A DNA stretch of 64,000 nucleotides from Lama guanicoe (taxonomy: Eukaryota), in the NCBI GenBank assembly GCA_013239625.1, contig PNXV01000239.1:124001-188000 (forward strand), written 5' to 3'. The translations under genes and the position numbers were made by a program. The notes beneath the pieces are model-generated. The model saw only the letters and a list, made by a program, of their open reading frames with translations, did not search any database and had not been told where the DNA came from. Positions 51,601 through 62,327 of the stretch are shown one piece after another. Position 1 is the stretch's first letter. Each line of letters begins with the position of its first letter.

Positions 51601-54600
51601 GCAAAAAGGAATTTCTTTCTTCTTTTGAGAAACCCTGTTTCTAAAAAAAGCATGAACCTCAGAAGAGGTAATAAATCCAATCTAGTAAGAGCCCAGAGAA
51701 GCAGGAATATCTGGACAATGAAATGTGCTAAGTCCATCGAGAGCATGAGGCTACCCAGTCCTGAAAGCAGCCTCTGCCCAAGGAGATTCAGCAGATGCAC
51801 TGTACACAGCCCCATCGGACAACCTTGTGTCAGTCACGTGGGGCTTTGTTACCGTGGGATTTCTAAGAGGCTCTGGTAAGATACTGCATATCATGAGCCT
51901 CTAGAAGGGGGCTAGGGTATGCAGCATTCCTCACACATCTTTGAGTGGGACCATGTGCCCATCTAGCATCTTGAGAGACCAGTACATTCTGGGAAATGTA
52001 TTCTTGGATTGGCCCTGGACGAGACCTGCCAGGGAAGGTGGGAGAAGAGAGAAAGCAGTGCTTCTTCCAGGCAGACATCCCAGCTCAGCACTGTGGGCTT
52101 TTCTTCTTACCCGTGATCTCATAGAGACTTGTGATAACTCTGGAGAGGGGAAGCAAAGGAGAAAAAGAACTCCATTTATTGAGCGCCTGGTATATGCCCA
52201 GACAGTGAGCAAGGCACTGTATGTCAAACGCCTCCCAGTCCTGGGAGGTGGATACTGTTAACCCCACTTGACAGGTGATGGAAGTGAGGCTCAGAAATGA
52301 GCACACTTGCCAAAGTCTCAAAGCCCGAGGATATTAAGATGAGGTTAGCTAACATTTATAAAGCGTCTCACTATGTATCAGGCACTGTGCTGGGCAGTTA
52401 AGGTGTAGTTACTCTGTTAACCCTTGTAACAATCCTGTGATAATTATGAGGAGGCTAAAGTTCAGAGAGGTTAACTCTCAGTCACCCAGCAAAGAAGCAA
52501 CAGGACCAGCATTCACACCCAGGCAGTGGGACTCCAGAGGCCCTGCTCTAAAGTGATTCCCGTTGTTCTAGAAATCCCCATGGTAGTCCTCTTCAAAAGC
52601 ATGTCCGTCTCACCCTAGGTACCAGGAACACCAGCCTGATTAGGAAATGGTGTTGGGCAGGACATCCCCTGGGTAGCCACCTCTGCCAAGGGCTGCCTGG
52701 TTATAACTTCCATGGGTCACCCAGGTCTCCTTCCCTCCCACTCCAGACTGGCAGCCATCGCTCTGCTGGTCCTAGATGAGGAGGAGAGTGCCTTCTGGTG
52801 TCTGGTGGCCATCGTGGAGGTCATCATGCCAGCTGATTACTACAGCAAGACGCTCTTGGCATCCCAGGTGAGCGGGGCAGGGATGGGACCTGGAGCCACG
52901 CAGGTCAGTGCCCCTGTGTTGTTCCGAGAAGCCGGTGAATCTCAGGAAAGTCAGTAATGTCTCAAGCCTCTAAATCTCCCTCTGTACAGTGGGCTGCTGT
53001 GAAGTTCCAGTGAGCTGATGGCCTTGAGAACTGTGGGGGCCCTGCCCACAAGATAGACCATTGTTTTTCCAGTGGTGATGTGAGGTCATTAGAAACAGTT
53101 GATTTCCTGGAGTGGGGAGGAGAATATAATCTAATGTCACTTGGTATTTGCCAGTCAAGAATTTCAAAACAGAGGTCAGGTAGGGTGGAAGTCGGGACTG
53201 GGAAGATGGGAGGTGACGGAAATTCTTCATGCACGCGCACCACAGCCTCCTGAGCAGCACAGCTGCCTCCGTCACCTCGTGGCCCCTCGGCTGCCCTCCG
53301 AGCACAGGCCATCCTGGAGTCAGGCGGAGCTTGGTTCAGAAGTGACCCTCTAGTAACCAGCCGTGTGCATAGCAAGCGGCATCATCTCTCTGAAATTCGG
53401 GCTTGCCAGCTTTTGGATGGGAGTAACGTTACTTCCTGGGCTTGCTGAGAGGTATAAATGGGAAACCATTTCAAACCTGCCACCCCTACCCCCAGCCTCT
53501 CCCTCCTCGCCCCTTGTCCCATTCTTGCTCCATCAGCGCGTGTGCTTTATGGAGACAGGCCACCCAGAAGGAACCTTCTCACTCCCCTTCCAAACCTACT
53601 AAGCCATTACCCGCCCACCCATCCTGTTCTTTCCTACTGCGAGCACCGAGCACCAAACACTGCTTCCTCCTTCTGGGACACAGACCTGGGTGGGGAGGTG
53701 AGGAGAGAGATTAGGGATGGAGATCAAAACTTAGGAGTCATCAGGAAATAGATGGTGAACCAGATAAGGATTGTGTGTGGCTGTGTAGCAGGGAGACCCA
53801 ACCTAACAGTGGCTTAAATGGGGGATTATTTTTCCCAGATAATGAGGAAGCTGAAGGCTCCTTCCAGCTCTCTGTTCTGCAACGTGACTTTCATTCTCCT
53901 GCTCATCACCTCGTGGTCACAAGATGGCTGCACCACCTCTGGCACTGTGGCCATGGTCCAGGCTGAAAGAAGCAGAGGGTGAAAGGCAGGCACTGGCTGG
54001 CTCCCCTTCCAATAGCCTTCCCCACCCAGCAACTTCTGCTTACCTCTTATTGGTCAGAACTGTGTTGCATGGCACCTCTAGTTGCAAGGCAGGCTGGGAA
54101 ATATACAAATATTTTACTTTACAACTATTTCACTATCACATTTTAACATCTCTGGAATTGAGGTATATTGTATAAACCAATGTGTTATGGTGTGTGTTTT
54201 GTTTGTTTTGTTTATTTTTAGTATGGAAAATTTCAAATGTACCAAAAAATAGAGAAAACAGTGTAGTGAACTTCCATGTATCCATTACCTAGTTTCAATA
54301 ATTATCAACATAGAAAGACCAGTGCTGTTTCACCTACACTCCCACCCACTCCTTCTTTGATGACCTGGAAGTATATCTCAGACATCATATCTGTTCATCT
54401 ATAAATCCTTCAGTAGGTTCAGTGGCATCTTCGATTCAGTGAGTTGCCCTAGGTTTTGAGCTGGACACTCGGCCTCTGCAGCAGACCTGGAGTTCAGAGA
54501 GAGGAAGGGAGGGAGAGGGCATTCGCCACAGCTGCTGGCTAAAGTCCAGAAGAAGGCTTAAATGGAGGGAAAGGGCTGAGAAACCAGCAGTTCCAGGAAA

Positions 54601-57186
54601 GGAAGAGCAAGAGGAGCCTAACATAGGCTTGTCACAGAGGTAGGGGGCAGCCACAAAAGAACCATATGCCAGAGCCAGGGAAGGAGGCAGTTCTGGGAGT
54701 AATCAGCCAGGTCAAGTGCAACATTGACGGAGGTGTAACAGTGACCATGTGGAGAGTTCACTAGAAACCTCACCCAGCAGCATCACCCCTTGATGTCAGG
54801 TGTGGTTTCCCAGACACCCACCCACAAGACCTTGCCCTGAGCATCTTATGCATCAGGCCCAAAATGGGTAGCAAGGAGCAGCCGTGGTGTCAGCCGATAA
54901 AGCCTGAGCTCCTACTTGGCTTGACGTTCAGGGGGACAAAGGGCCAGAAGTCCACTGACCGAGAACTTATGATCCACAGAGACCTCCACATCAAAGCTCT
55001 AGCCTGAAAAGCTGCTTGCCTGTGGAGTGACCTGTCTCCTGGCCAGGCTGGGCTCTAGCTCCTCCAGGCGCTCTGTGCTCCCAGGCAGGGCAGGACCCAC
55101 TGGGGGAAGCTCCAGGGCTGTGTGTGTGTGGACTGGCTGGGTGTGAAGGGGCAGGTAGGAGGGAGGCAGCACCTTCTGTGGGGCGGCAGCTGACAGCCCT
55201 CGCGTCACTTGCAGGTGGACCAGCGGGTTCTCCAGGACCTCCTCTCAGAGAAGCTGCCCAGGCTGATGGCCCACCTGGGGCAGCACCGTGTGGACCTGTC
55301 CTTCATCACCTTCAACTGGTTCCTCGTGGTCTTTGCAGACAGTCTCATCAGCAACATCCTCTTCCAAGTATGGGATGCCTTCCTCTACGAGGGCACCAAG
55401 GTAGAGCACTGTAGGGGATGTAGGAGATGGGAGGGTGCGCAGGAGGGTCCTGGCCAGGTCTCTGCATCCCCTGGGTCTCGATTCTGCCCCTAGACAATGA
55501 GAGGACAGTGCTCACTGTCAGGTCTGTGGAAGACCTCTCCTGGGAGCATGGCTTTGTAAGCTCAAGTGCTTTGCACCCATGAGGGAAAGTAGTGCTTCTG
55601 CCCCTGAAAATGCATCCTAAAGTTGAGGGGATTTCCTTTCCCTGGAGAGGAGGCACGAGCATGACCAGGAGGGAGGTCGCTGTTCCATCCCTTGCCCCTC
55701 CAGCACCCAGGCCCCACCTTCTCCTCCTCCTGTTTGGACTGAGCCCCAGACTGAGAGGCTGGCACTTGAGTCTGGTCCCAGCTCTGCCCCTTACCTTGCT
55801 AGGAGATCCTGGACAGGCCATCCCCTAGCCTCTGCCCCGTATCCATGGTGATTGATAATGTACTGCACCTCACGGTTTACCCAGCACCCTCAGATCTGCC
55901 TCTCCATTCAATTCCTGCTGATGCCCCATGTAAAGACAGTGTTACCCCGAGTTAGGTCCAATAAGGGCAAGACCTTGCCCAGGGTCCCAGGACTAGTCAG
56001 TCCTAATCCCCAGATTCTAAGCTGTGTTCCCCATGGGGTTTCCAATCTCCCCCTCCCCTTGGCCTTCCTCTACAGTTTCCTCCAAGCCTTCAACCTCTGC
56101 AGCCTGCCTAGGGACTTCCACACCAGCTAGGGGTGTGGGCTCTACTCCCTCTGGGGATTCCCTGCCCTGGTTCCCCACACCCAACCTGAGCCCCTACTTT
56201 GCCCCCCAGGTGGTGTTCCGCTACGCCTTGGCCATTTTCAAGTACAACGAGGAGGCGATCCTGAGGCTGCAGGATGGTCTGGAGATCTACCAGTACCTGC
56301 GCTTCTTCACCAAGACCATTTGCAACAGCCAGTGAGAACCTGCTCCTGCCCCCACCCTGCCCCTCCACCACACCCACCACCCACACATGCCCACCCAGGA
56401 CACATAGCAGAGAGGAGGCTGGTGTTTCCAAGTGTGGGTTGATTAGTGCTGCTAATCCTCCGTTACAGCTTTGAACTGTCTCTAGGGACTTTCCTCAGCG
56501 TCTTTCTGCCCCTTAACACGACACTTGAGGCCTCCATGCAGTTTGATTTCTTGCTCACCTTTTCCTGCCCCCAACACCCATGCCCTATGATCTTGCCAAA
56601 CAGAATTATTTGAGTTACCAGGACAACCTCCATCTCTAGGCTTCTGGCCTTGCAGCTTCTTCTTCTTGGACTGTCTCGTTACCTCTTCCACCACCACCAT
56701 CTTTGCCTGGACTACTTCTACTGATTTTTCAAAACTCAACTCACTTGTCCCCTCCTCCAAGAAGTCTTCCCTGACCAACTTTTCCTTCCCATAGCCCTAA
56801 GCTCCCTCCTGCCTCAGTATATGTCACTTTGGGTGGAAATTATCTTCTTATTCACTGTTTCCTCTCTGGAAGGGGCCTCGGCTGCATGAGCGGAATGAAC
56901 GCAGGGGTACCTGGGACTGTTGGAGAATGTGGGCCCGGGGCGGGCACTGGCTCTGGGCTGACTGTGCTCTCCCCACAGGAAGCTGATGAACATCGCCTTC
57001 AACGACATGAACCCCTTTCCTATGAAACAGCTGTGGCAGCTGCGGACGGCCCACCGGGAGCGACTGGAGGCTGAGCTGCACGAGCTGGAGCAGTTCAAGG
57101 CAGAGTACTTGGAGACCCGGACGTGCCAGGGCCCCGCGGTGCCCGAGAGTTGCACCAGTGAGGATGAGGGGGACTTGGAGGCCTGA
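12284..57186 (+). CDS. TBC1D2: TBC1 domain family member 2A (Armus/PARIS-1), 13 coding exons, 929 aa: join(12284..12658,16032..16173,20608..20755,25225..25358,28632..28825,36871..37254,42494..42604,45829..46016,47044..47520,52747..52867,55215..55400,56210..56331,56979..57186)
   Basis: All 12 introns are GT-AG with consistent phases; the spliced total is 2790 nt with no internal stop. N-terminal PH domain (KKLCGYLSKFGGKGPIRGWKSRWFFY), central coiled coil, C-terminal TBC domain (IELDLNRTF, GYCQGLN, FNWFL, VWDAFLYEG). Matches my recollection of mammalian TBC1D2. Confidence 0.97.
13900..14700 (-). mobile_element. L2 fragment
   Basis: tgtgtctagcactgttaggcactggg...gagcttggattttgtc...gggaaattgtcagagctttaagcaagg antisense L2 pattern. 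Confidence 0.6.
16032..16173 (+). CDS. TBC1D2: TBC1D2 exon 2 (end of PH domain, WEFHN motif)
   Basis: Branch-like ACTAAC at 16011, acceptor cttctcag|, AATKQAMLYWLQQLQMKRWEFHN...LEL, donor G|GTACCC; 142 nt. Confidence 0.95.
17010..17815 (+). mobile_element. L2 3' fragment
   Basis: Pyrimidine-rich L2-like text ending ccaggcacagtcgatatttgctgagtgaatg; explains the 231-aa ORF at 16832. Confidence 0.65.
19323..19371 (+). mobile_element. Tigger1-like terminal fragment
   Basis: tctggaaccgaacccacaatatctctgaggtgtgcctg followed by TA. Confidence 0.65.
20608..20755 (+). CDS. TBC1D2: TBC1D2 exon 3
   Basis: Acceptor tttgttccccag|; EQEEAELEEFLCPVKTPPG...QNISLKHLGTEIQ; donor CA|GTGAGT; 148 nt. Confidence 0.94.
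21399..21420. repeat. (TG)11 microsatellite
   Basis: Direct reading. Confidence 0.95.
22690..23410 (+). mobile_element. L1 fragments (ORF2 piece ~22690-23020; L1MA-type 3' end ~23265-23409)
   Basis: aggaccagataaattcactggtgagttcaaccaaacattta; gtaactatgtgtggt...tgttgtacactggaaactaat...caattaaaaaaaaa. Confidence 0.75.
24122..24331. mobile_element. hAT-Charlie MITE (subfamily uncertain)
   Basis: TIR-like cagtctttttcaaac ... gtttgaaaaactctg. Confidence 0.65.
25225..25358 (+). CDS. TBC1D2: TBC1D2 exon 4 (Pro/Glu-rich linker)
   Basis: Acceptor ttttcctttcag|; NTMHNIRSNKQ...DPGTP; donor CAG|GTGAGC; 134 nt. Confidence 0.93.
26185..26520 (-). mobile_element. L1MB-type 3' end
   Basis: Poly-T then tttcattaagatgtaattcacataccat...ggcaaccactaaatc...gacatttcatgtaaatgaaatc. 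Confidence 0.75.
27830..28045. mobile_element. MER58-like hAT-Charlie MITE
   Basis: ggccatatggtctctgttgcaagtactcaactctgcc...tgtgttccagtaaaactttatttacaaaagcagg signature. Confidence 0.8.
28404..28590. mobile_element. MER5A-like hAT-Charlie MITE
   Basis: TIRs cagtggttctcaaa ... tttgagaactactg, ~187 bp. Confidence 0.85.
28568..28631 (+). ncRNA. Candidate 5'-tailed mirtron locus, apparent ortholog of human MIR6854
   Basis: aagcccaagtttgagaactactga...tgtgtttttcctcttgaacag ends exactly at the intron 4 acceptor and resembles my recollection of hsa-miR-6854-5p/3p. The stem is imperfect here. Confidence 0.35.
28632..28825 (+). CDS. TBC1D2: TBC1D2 exon 5 (its true frame is absent from the ORF track)
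   Basis: Acceptor tttttcctcttgaacag|; manual translation (G)KDSADSLKPPKSFLSTNLIQKAKLQSSTFPLFTEGLIRNRTAQEKVLALEQQVLMLTKELTAQK; donor AAG|GTAAGC; 194 nt, restores phase 0. Confidence 0.93.
29330..29443 (+). mobile_element. tRNA-Ala-derived SINE (vic-1-like)
   Basis: A-box (cagctcagtagtagag), ttagcat anticodon-loop remnant, B-box (ggttcaatcc), A-rich tail; 16-bp TSD aagaaaagaac(g/a)agct at 29314-29329 and 29444-29459. Confidence 0.9.
29810..30530. mobile_element. Rearranged L1 mosaic (two + strand ORF2 pieces and an inverted ORF1-end piece)
   Basis: ORF 30146 [36 protein letters not shown] is L1 ORF2; ~30400-30530 reads as the L1 ORF1 3' end on the minus strand. Confidence 0.75.
36315..36720. 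mobile_element. MLT1-type MaLR solo LTR
   Basis: tcagggtacaggcccagctactgtaaca...gtcacttggccatatctggctatgagcttggctgggaaatgtagtcttt. Similar MLT1-like remnants at ~23470-23810 and ~53760-54110. Confidence 0.7.
36871..37254 (+). CDS. TBC1D2: TBC1D2 exon 6 (coiled coil)
   Basis: Acceptor tttgtcctgcccag|; ELVKILHKALEAAQQEKR...EKMEHLK; donor AAG|GTAGGG; 384 nt. Confidence 0.95.
42494..42604 (+). CDS. TBC1D2: TBC1D2 exon 7
   Basis: Acceptor ctctcttttccag|; DDMEAYRTQNRFLNSEIHQVTKIWRKVAEKERALLMK; donor AAG|GTGAGG; 111 nt. Confidence 0.95.
43473..43768 (-). mobile_element. MER2-family (Tigger/TcMar) non-autonomous DNA transposon
   Basis: Hallmark gtaatctagagatgatttaaagtat...taggttatatgcaaata; TA on both sides (43471-72, 43769-70); degenerate TIRs. 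Confidence 0.8.
44315..44402 (+). mobile_element. Second, more diverged tRNA-derived SINE nested in L1
   Basis: taactcagttgga...gaggtcctgggttcaatccctagt; perfect 16-bp TSD aaatgtaaatagatta at 44299-44314 and 44403-44418. Confidence 0.85.
45829..46016 (+). CDS. TBC1D2: TBC1D2 exon 8
   Basis: Acceptor ccctccctcccacag|; CAYLQAKNCQVESKYLAGLRRL...LSPI; donor AG|GTAAGC; 188 nt. Confidence 0.95.
47044..47520 (+). CDS. TBC1D2: TBC1D2 exon 9 (TBC domain N-half with catalytic Arg and Gln fingers)
   Basis: EYDEYGF...IELDLNRTF (Arg codon 47396-47398)...GYCQGLN (YCQ 47501-47509); donor AG|GTGAGC; 477 nt. Confidence 0.96.
49870..50280 (-). mobile_element. L1MB-type 3' fragment
   Basis: ttcacccctttt...ttttagaacatttccatcaccc...gctgatggacatttggattgtttctaccttttggctattatgaataatgc. 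Confidence 0.75.
52747..52867 (+). CDS. TBC1D2: TBC1D2 exon 10
   Basis: Acceptor ccctcccactccag|; LAAIALLVLDEEESAFWCLVAIVE...LASQ; donor CAG|GTGAGC; 121 nt. Confidence 0.95.
55215..55400 (+). CDS. TBC1D2: TBC1D2 exon 11
   Basis: VDQRVLQDLLSEKLPRL...VWDAFLYEGTK; donor AAG|GTAGAG; 186 nt. Confidence 0.95.
56210..56331 (+). CDS. TBC1D2: TBC1D2 exon 12
   Basis: Acceptor tttgccccccag|; VVFRYALAIFKYNEE...TICNS; donor CA|GTGAGA; 122 nt. Confidence 0.95.
56979..57186 (+). CDS. TBC1D2: TBC1D2 exon 13 (terminal coding exon)
   Basis: Acceptor ctctccccacag|; KLMNIAFNDMNPF...EDEGDLEA*; TGA at 57184-57186. Confidence 0.95.
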
Positions 57187-58911
57187 CTTGGTCACCTGCC
57201 CTCCCCAAATCCCTTTCTCACCCTTGGCTGGCAGGCCCATAGGACGGCCATGGAGGTGATCCAGGCCCCCTACCTAAGCCCCATCACCATGTGACCCTAG
57301 GCAAGTCCCTACCATTCTCTGGGACTCAGTCACCCCATTGGGACACTGGCTTCTGAAGCCATTGGTTGGGTTACCTGCTCATGACACGTCTCCAGGATGC
57401 ACCCCTTCTCATTCCTCCATAGAGCACTTTAGTACACAGACAATCAAGAGTGCTGTCTTTATAGGGTAACCTGAACATTCCCCAGGTTTTTTCTGTGTAA
57501 AACAGTGTAAATATTGGAAATAGTTCATAGTCTTTGGAATTTAACTGATTCTCAGTAACCAGTTGTTCCTGGGTGGGCCGGAGGCTCCAGGGTGTTTCCA
57601 GCCTGGGACGTCCCTGGCTGCTCTTCCTGTGGGCGCCTCTGCAGTGCCAGTCCCCCTCCTGGTTCCTGGAAGAGCTGGGACCCTGTGCATTTAGGGCTTC
57701 TGTCTTTCTGGGTGACACCGCCTCTCCAATGCTGGTGGGGCCTTTGTTCCAGGCCCGGCTCCCACCTAGCGAGGCCTGTTTCCTGAGCCTTGCCCCTGTT
57801 CTCTCCTTTCTGCTCACAGCCCATCTAGGGGTGGGAGTGGGGGGCATTTCCTGTCCACCACCAAGAGGAACTTGGTGTGGGGGCCTGGGCAGAGAGCCCT
57901 GGGTCAGGTGCCCAACTGCTGATCTCCCATCACCAACTTCACAGGCAGGGGCAAGAAAAGTCATGTCTTTGAAAAATGTTTGGTTGGGAGGGGGAGGGAA
58001 AGGTGGTGAGAGGGACAGAGCTGCAGCCTGTTGCCAAGTCAGGGCTGGCTCATCACAGCACCCACGTGTGCAGAACTCAGCTCCAGTTCTCCTGGGCTCT
58101 TCCAGGCCCTTCCTCAGCAGACAAGCTTCCCGCATTTGCCTCAAGGCAGAGCGCCGAGGCTGCACAAATGACTTTGGCAGCTCATTTCTCAGCAAAGCCT
58201 GTGACTGTGCAGGGCTCAGCAGTCTTTGGTATGAAGGACTGGGGTGGCGTTTCCCTGATCTGGGGCTCTTGTCAGGGCAGGGGAGGAAGCCATGCCCGTT
58301 ACTGGGGACCAGGGACAGACCCCTTTGTGACCCACAGGTCCCCCCTCCCCCTTCCCCGTGCCCCCTCCAACAACCCTGGGGAAGGGACCCTCAGGGTTTC
58401 TTTCGTGCCACATGCGCGTGGGCTACTGGCCGGCCCGGTTTCCTGTGAACACCTCACACCTGGACTTGATGGCCTTTCTCATTTTTGCTGAACTTTTTTC
58501 ATCTGCTGAGGTCCTTTCACCATCAAACAGTAACTGTTTAGCATGATAGTGACCGGAGGGTGACCTGGTGGAGGTCCTGGCTGCACCAGCAACAGGCTGC
58601 GTGCTGTAACCCTGAGGGTCATCACCGGGGAGACAAGGGGTCCAGCCTCCAGGAACTCTGGGAGGGTTAAAGGCGATGACACTGGTGCTGAGCCTGGTGC
58701 TGGCACAGACTGAAGCACAATCACAGGCCATAAGTGGCCTTTTCACGAAGAAAATGTCACCAGGAGGGCCCTGAGGCCTAGAAAAGGCCCAAGGCTCTAG
58801 GAAAGAATAGGTCCAGCTGGTCCCTCAGACTCTAGCCTTAAAATCAAGTTACGTCCTCAGCAGAAAATACAGCAAACAATCCCAGTTCAGACAGAGGCTG
58901 CCAGAAAAATG

Positions 58912-59037
58912 GCCCCCTCTTCTCCCTTCCCTCCTGCTACCCCCTCCCCCCGTCTTCCTCTGCCCCTCTCCTCCTCTTCCCTCTCATCTCTCCCCTCCTC
59001 TCCTCTCCACTATTCTCCCCCAACCTCCATCTTTCCC
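58912..59037. repeat. CT-rich low-complexity tract
   Basis: ~125 nt of mostly C/T on the + strand. Confidence 0.8.
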
Positions 59038-61839
59038 ACACACATTCAGACAGGGAAGCTCTGCCCAGAGCTGGGTGCCTACCCCCACTTCCCCTCCCCT
59101 ACTGGAGGGAGGGGTGGTGCTCTGCAGCTGGTCCAGCACTGGGTCACCTCTGGATCCTACCTGGCTGCACCATAGAATCACCTAAGTGCTGGCCCCCCAC
59201 ACTCAGAGCCTACTGGGGGGCATGGGCATTGAGAGAGTCAGAGACCACAAGTAATGGGGAGTGATTGGTGGGGCCTCCTACCCATTACCAGGGAGCTGGA
59301 GCCAGAGCCAGGAATGAGAACTGCCTGTCCTAGAGCACCCACTCACTCCAGGCCAAGCTCAGTTTACAGATGAGGAGACAAGGCTCAGAGAGGTTAAACT
59401 ACTTGCCGAAAGTCACACAGCCACTGAGTAGTTAAGACATGCTCAAGCCTTAGAAGTGATAACTGCAAAACCAGGGAGGGATCCTCCAAGCTCAGGAGCC
59501 TTCTCTGGATCCTGAAACACCTCCCCCAAGAGCCCAGGGGAAAGGGAAAGGCTAGCCTACAACCTCCTGAGTGGTGTAGGGCCCGTGAGGATAGCTCCAG
59601 GGAGAGGAAAATGGGAGGAAGGACCGTCCACCTGACAGGGAAGCTGTAGCAGGGACTGGTGGGGGTAGGGCCAAACCCCAAGAATGTCTGAGGCTGCTGC
59701 TGCTCCTAGGGAGACTGCCTACCCCCCCAGCTCTTCCTGTTGGGGCTCACCCCTTGTGTCAGGTTCCTGGCCCCGCACCATAGCTGTCGCCCCTCATCCC
59801 CAGGGGCTGCTGCCTTCCAGGGCTAGAGGATCTGATCCATCACAGCCCTACCTCCCTACCCCAGGGGATGGGCCCTCTAGCTCAAAGCATTCCTCTCTCA
59901 GACATAGGCCCCGGGCAAGCTCACGTCCAAGCTCCATTCCATAGGGGAGGAGAAAGGATTTACCTGGGGAGCCTGCCTGGGGCAATATCCACCCAGAGTA
60001 AGACTCCTCAAAACAGGAGGGAGGGCCTGGAGGGCACTTTGGAAGACCCTTCCCCACCGCAAAGTGGGAGATGCACACTCACTTCTACAGAATGCCTGTG
60101 TTTAGGGTACTCTCCCCCATATTCAGAATCTCACATCCCAGGCACTGCTGTACCCTCATTCTTTCTCAGCTAAATCTGCACAGGGCCATATTGTACAGAA
60201 AGCTCCATGCTGGGCAGGTAGAGGAGAGAACTTGCCCCTCCACCCCCACACACACGTTCTGGTTCCCCGTTAGACACTGACTCACACATGGCAGATTAAA
60301 CAAAGCAGGCCATGTGGACATAAGAAGATGTTGGATTTCTGGCCCATCCCAATCAGCAATAAGGCCCAATAGAAAGTGCTAGTAGATGGGCTCAACTTCG
60401 TGACCAGACCTATTGTGTCATTTCCTAGCTAGGGACCCGTGTGCATGTCATCCCTTCTCGGGCCTCAGTTTCCCATGTGTGCAATTCACATGGTTAGAGG
60501 GTAGCCTTCACCAAGTGGACCAGAGTCAGAGGGAGGGAAGGGTCAGGAGAATGAGGAAATACACACAGCATCTCTAGGAAGGGCCCATGTCATGTATTGC
60601 AGAGGACCAATGGCCTCCCCTCTGGTCCATATGCCCATGGTCCCCAGAGAAATCCCTGTCAAACCAGCCTTTCCTCAAACACAGTCCCAGCCACCTACCA
60701 TAGTGACACAGAGTGGGAAAATGCATGTCCACAAGGGATCTGGGAAGCCTTCCTGGGGAAGGACGTATGAGTCTGGTTAGACAGTAGGAGATGATGTGGG
60801 GAGAGAATTCCTGACAGAGAGGACAATGTGAACAAGGGCACAGAGGTGTGAGTGCAAGGGAGTGGGGGATGCACCAGAGTTACTGGCCCAAGTCCTAGGT
60901 GAATTAAGACATTCAGGTGAACTACCACTTACTGAGCCAGGCACTGCTCTAGTCCCTGGAGATACACCACTGAACAAAGAGCTTTTTTCAAAAGAGGTGG
61001 TGTGATATAGTAGCTACGAGCTTAGGCTTGGGAGCCACACTGCCTACCTGTGTGATCTTAAGCGAGATACTTAACTTCTCTGTGCCTCAGAGTAAAATAG
61101 GTGTGTCATACGTAACCTCGTAGGCTTGTGTGACGGTAAAGTGCGGTGATGCGTTTAAGGTGCCTAGAACAGTGTCTGGCTCTTTAAGGGTTAGGTGGTA
61201 TTACTAAAAGGCTGGGCCTCCTCATGGAGATTATCTAGTGTGTTCGACCCCAAAGCTGGCGAGACTGGGCAGCAGCGCCCTCTCCTGGCTACCGAGAGAA
61301 AGAAGAGCATCCTCCCCATACTCAGCAACTCTCCCTGCCCTCTTCCTCCCGGAGGACCGGGAAGCCTCGGGAATTACACTACCGGCGCAGGTTCACCGAA
61401 AAGACTCCTGTGGCGGATTCTGAGCGCGCAATTTACCGGGCCGTAAATTAGATCCTCTCATCTAATTCTCAGACAGCTCTCTGAGGCAGACGCGGTTACT
61501 GTTTACATTTCACAAAAGGAGGCTCCAAGGAGGCCAAGTCCCTTGTCCCATGTCACTCAGCCAGGGAGTGGCGGGACGTGAAGGCAGGCGGGTGTGACTG
61601 TCTCCAGCTTCTGCTTGGTCGCCAGGCAGCCTGCCCCAATCACTACGGCGTGTGCGCGCCGGTGTGCGCGCCCGTTCTGTGTGCGTGTGCGCGCCCCAAG
61701 ACCAGCTCTGGGGGGCCAGGAGCGCGGCCGGGGAGGTGAGGAAGGAGGGGTGGCCCCTCAAACTCGCTGGGCTCGCGGGCGGGGCTTGTGTTGGGCTCCT
61801 GCCCCGCCCATAGGCCCCGCCCGCCGGGCCTTGGCGGGG

Positions 61840-61945
61840 AGGAGGCAGCGCGCTGGGCGCGAGGACTCGGCGGGCGGCGAGGAGCGCGGAGCCGTAGCCG
61901 GACGCCGCCGCCGCCGCCACCGCCACCTGCGCGGCCGTCATCAAG
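61840..61945 (+). other. CORO2A: Probable non-coding exon 1 of CORO2A (5' end approximate)
   Basis: GCC-repeat-rich 5'UTR-like segment downstream of GC boxes, ending in donor AAG|GTAGGG (GT at 61946). No coronin coding sequence in the window, so the name is by synteny only. Confidence 0.6.
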
Positions 61946-62311
61946 GTAGGGCGGCCCGGGACCACCGGCCATGCCTTCCAGGTCTGCGCTATGTGTGCGC
62001 GCTGTGTCCCCCGGCTGCAGCGCCCGGGGAGGAATGCTGGGGCTCGGTGCACCGCAAGGGACCCGGCGGGGCTGGGGGGGACCTGGCTTCCAGCCCCCCG
62101 CGTGACCTTGCACAAAGCACTGCTCCTCCGCAGGCCTCAGTTCCTCATCGGGATAGCAGCCGTAAAGGTGGCCCCTTCCTAGCCGGGCTGCTCGGTAGGG
62201 CAGCCTCAAGCTCCCGGCTCCCGACGGCGGCGGGGCCTGGATGGGCACTGTCTGCACAGCCCACCCGCAGTGAGGGCTGCTCATGCTGGGTGTGGCGAGC
62301 CGGTCCCGACA

Positions 62312-62327
62312 GTCCCCTCTAGTGGCC
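62312..62327 (-). promoter_or_regulatory. Candidate CTCF site
   Basis: Minus strand reads GGCCACTAGAGGGGAC, a close match to CCASYAGRKGGC. Confidence 0.45.

Noticed and set aside
57371..58491. Overlapping long ORFs (274 aa on -, 291 aa and 171 aa on +) just past TBC1D2
   Set aside because: No recognisable domain; composition (L/P/G/S/C/W-rich) is typical of GC-rich non-coding DNA; the 291-aa ORF starts at GTG. A PhyloCSF or BLASTP check would be decisive.
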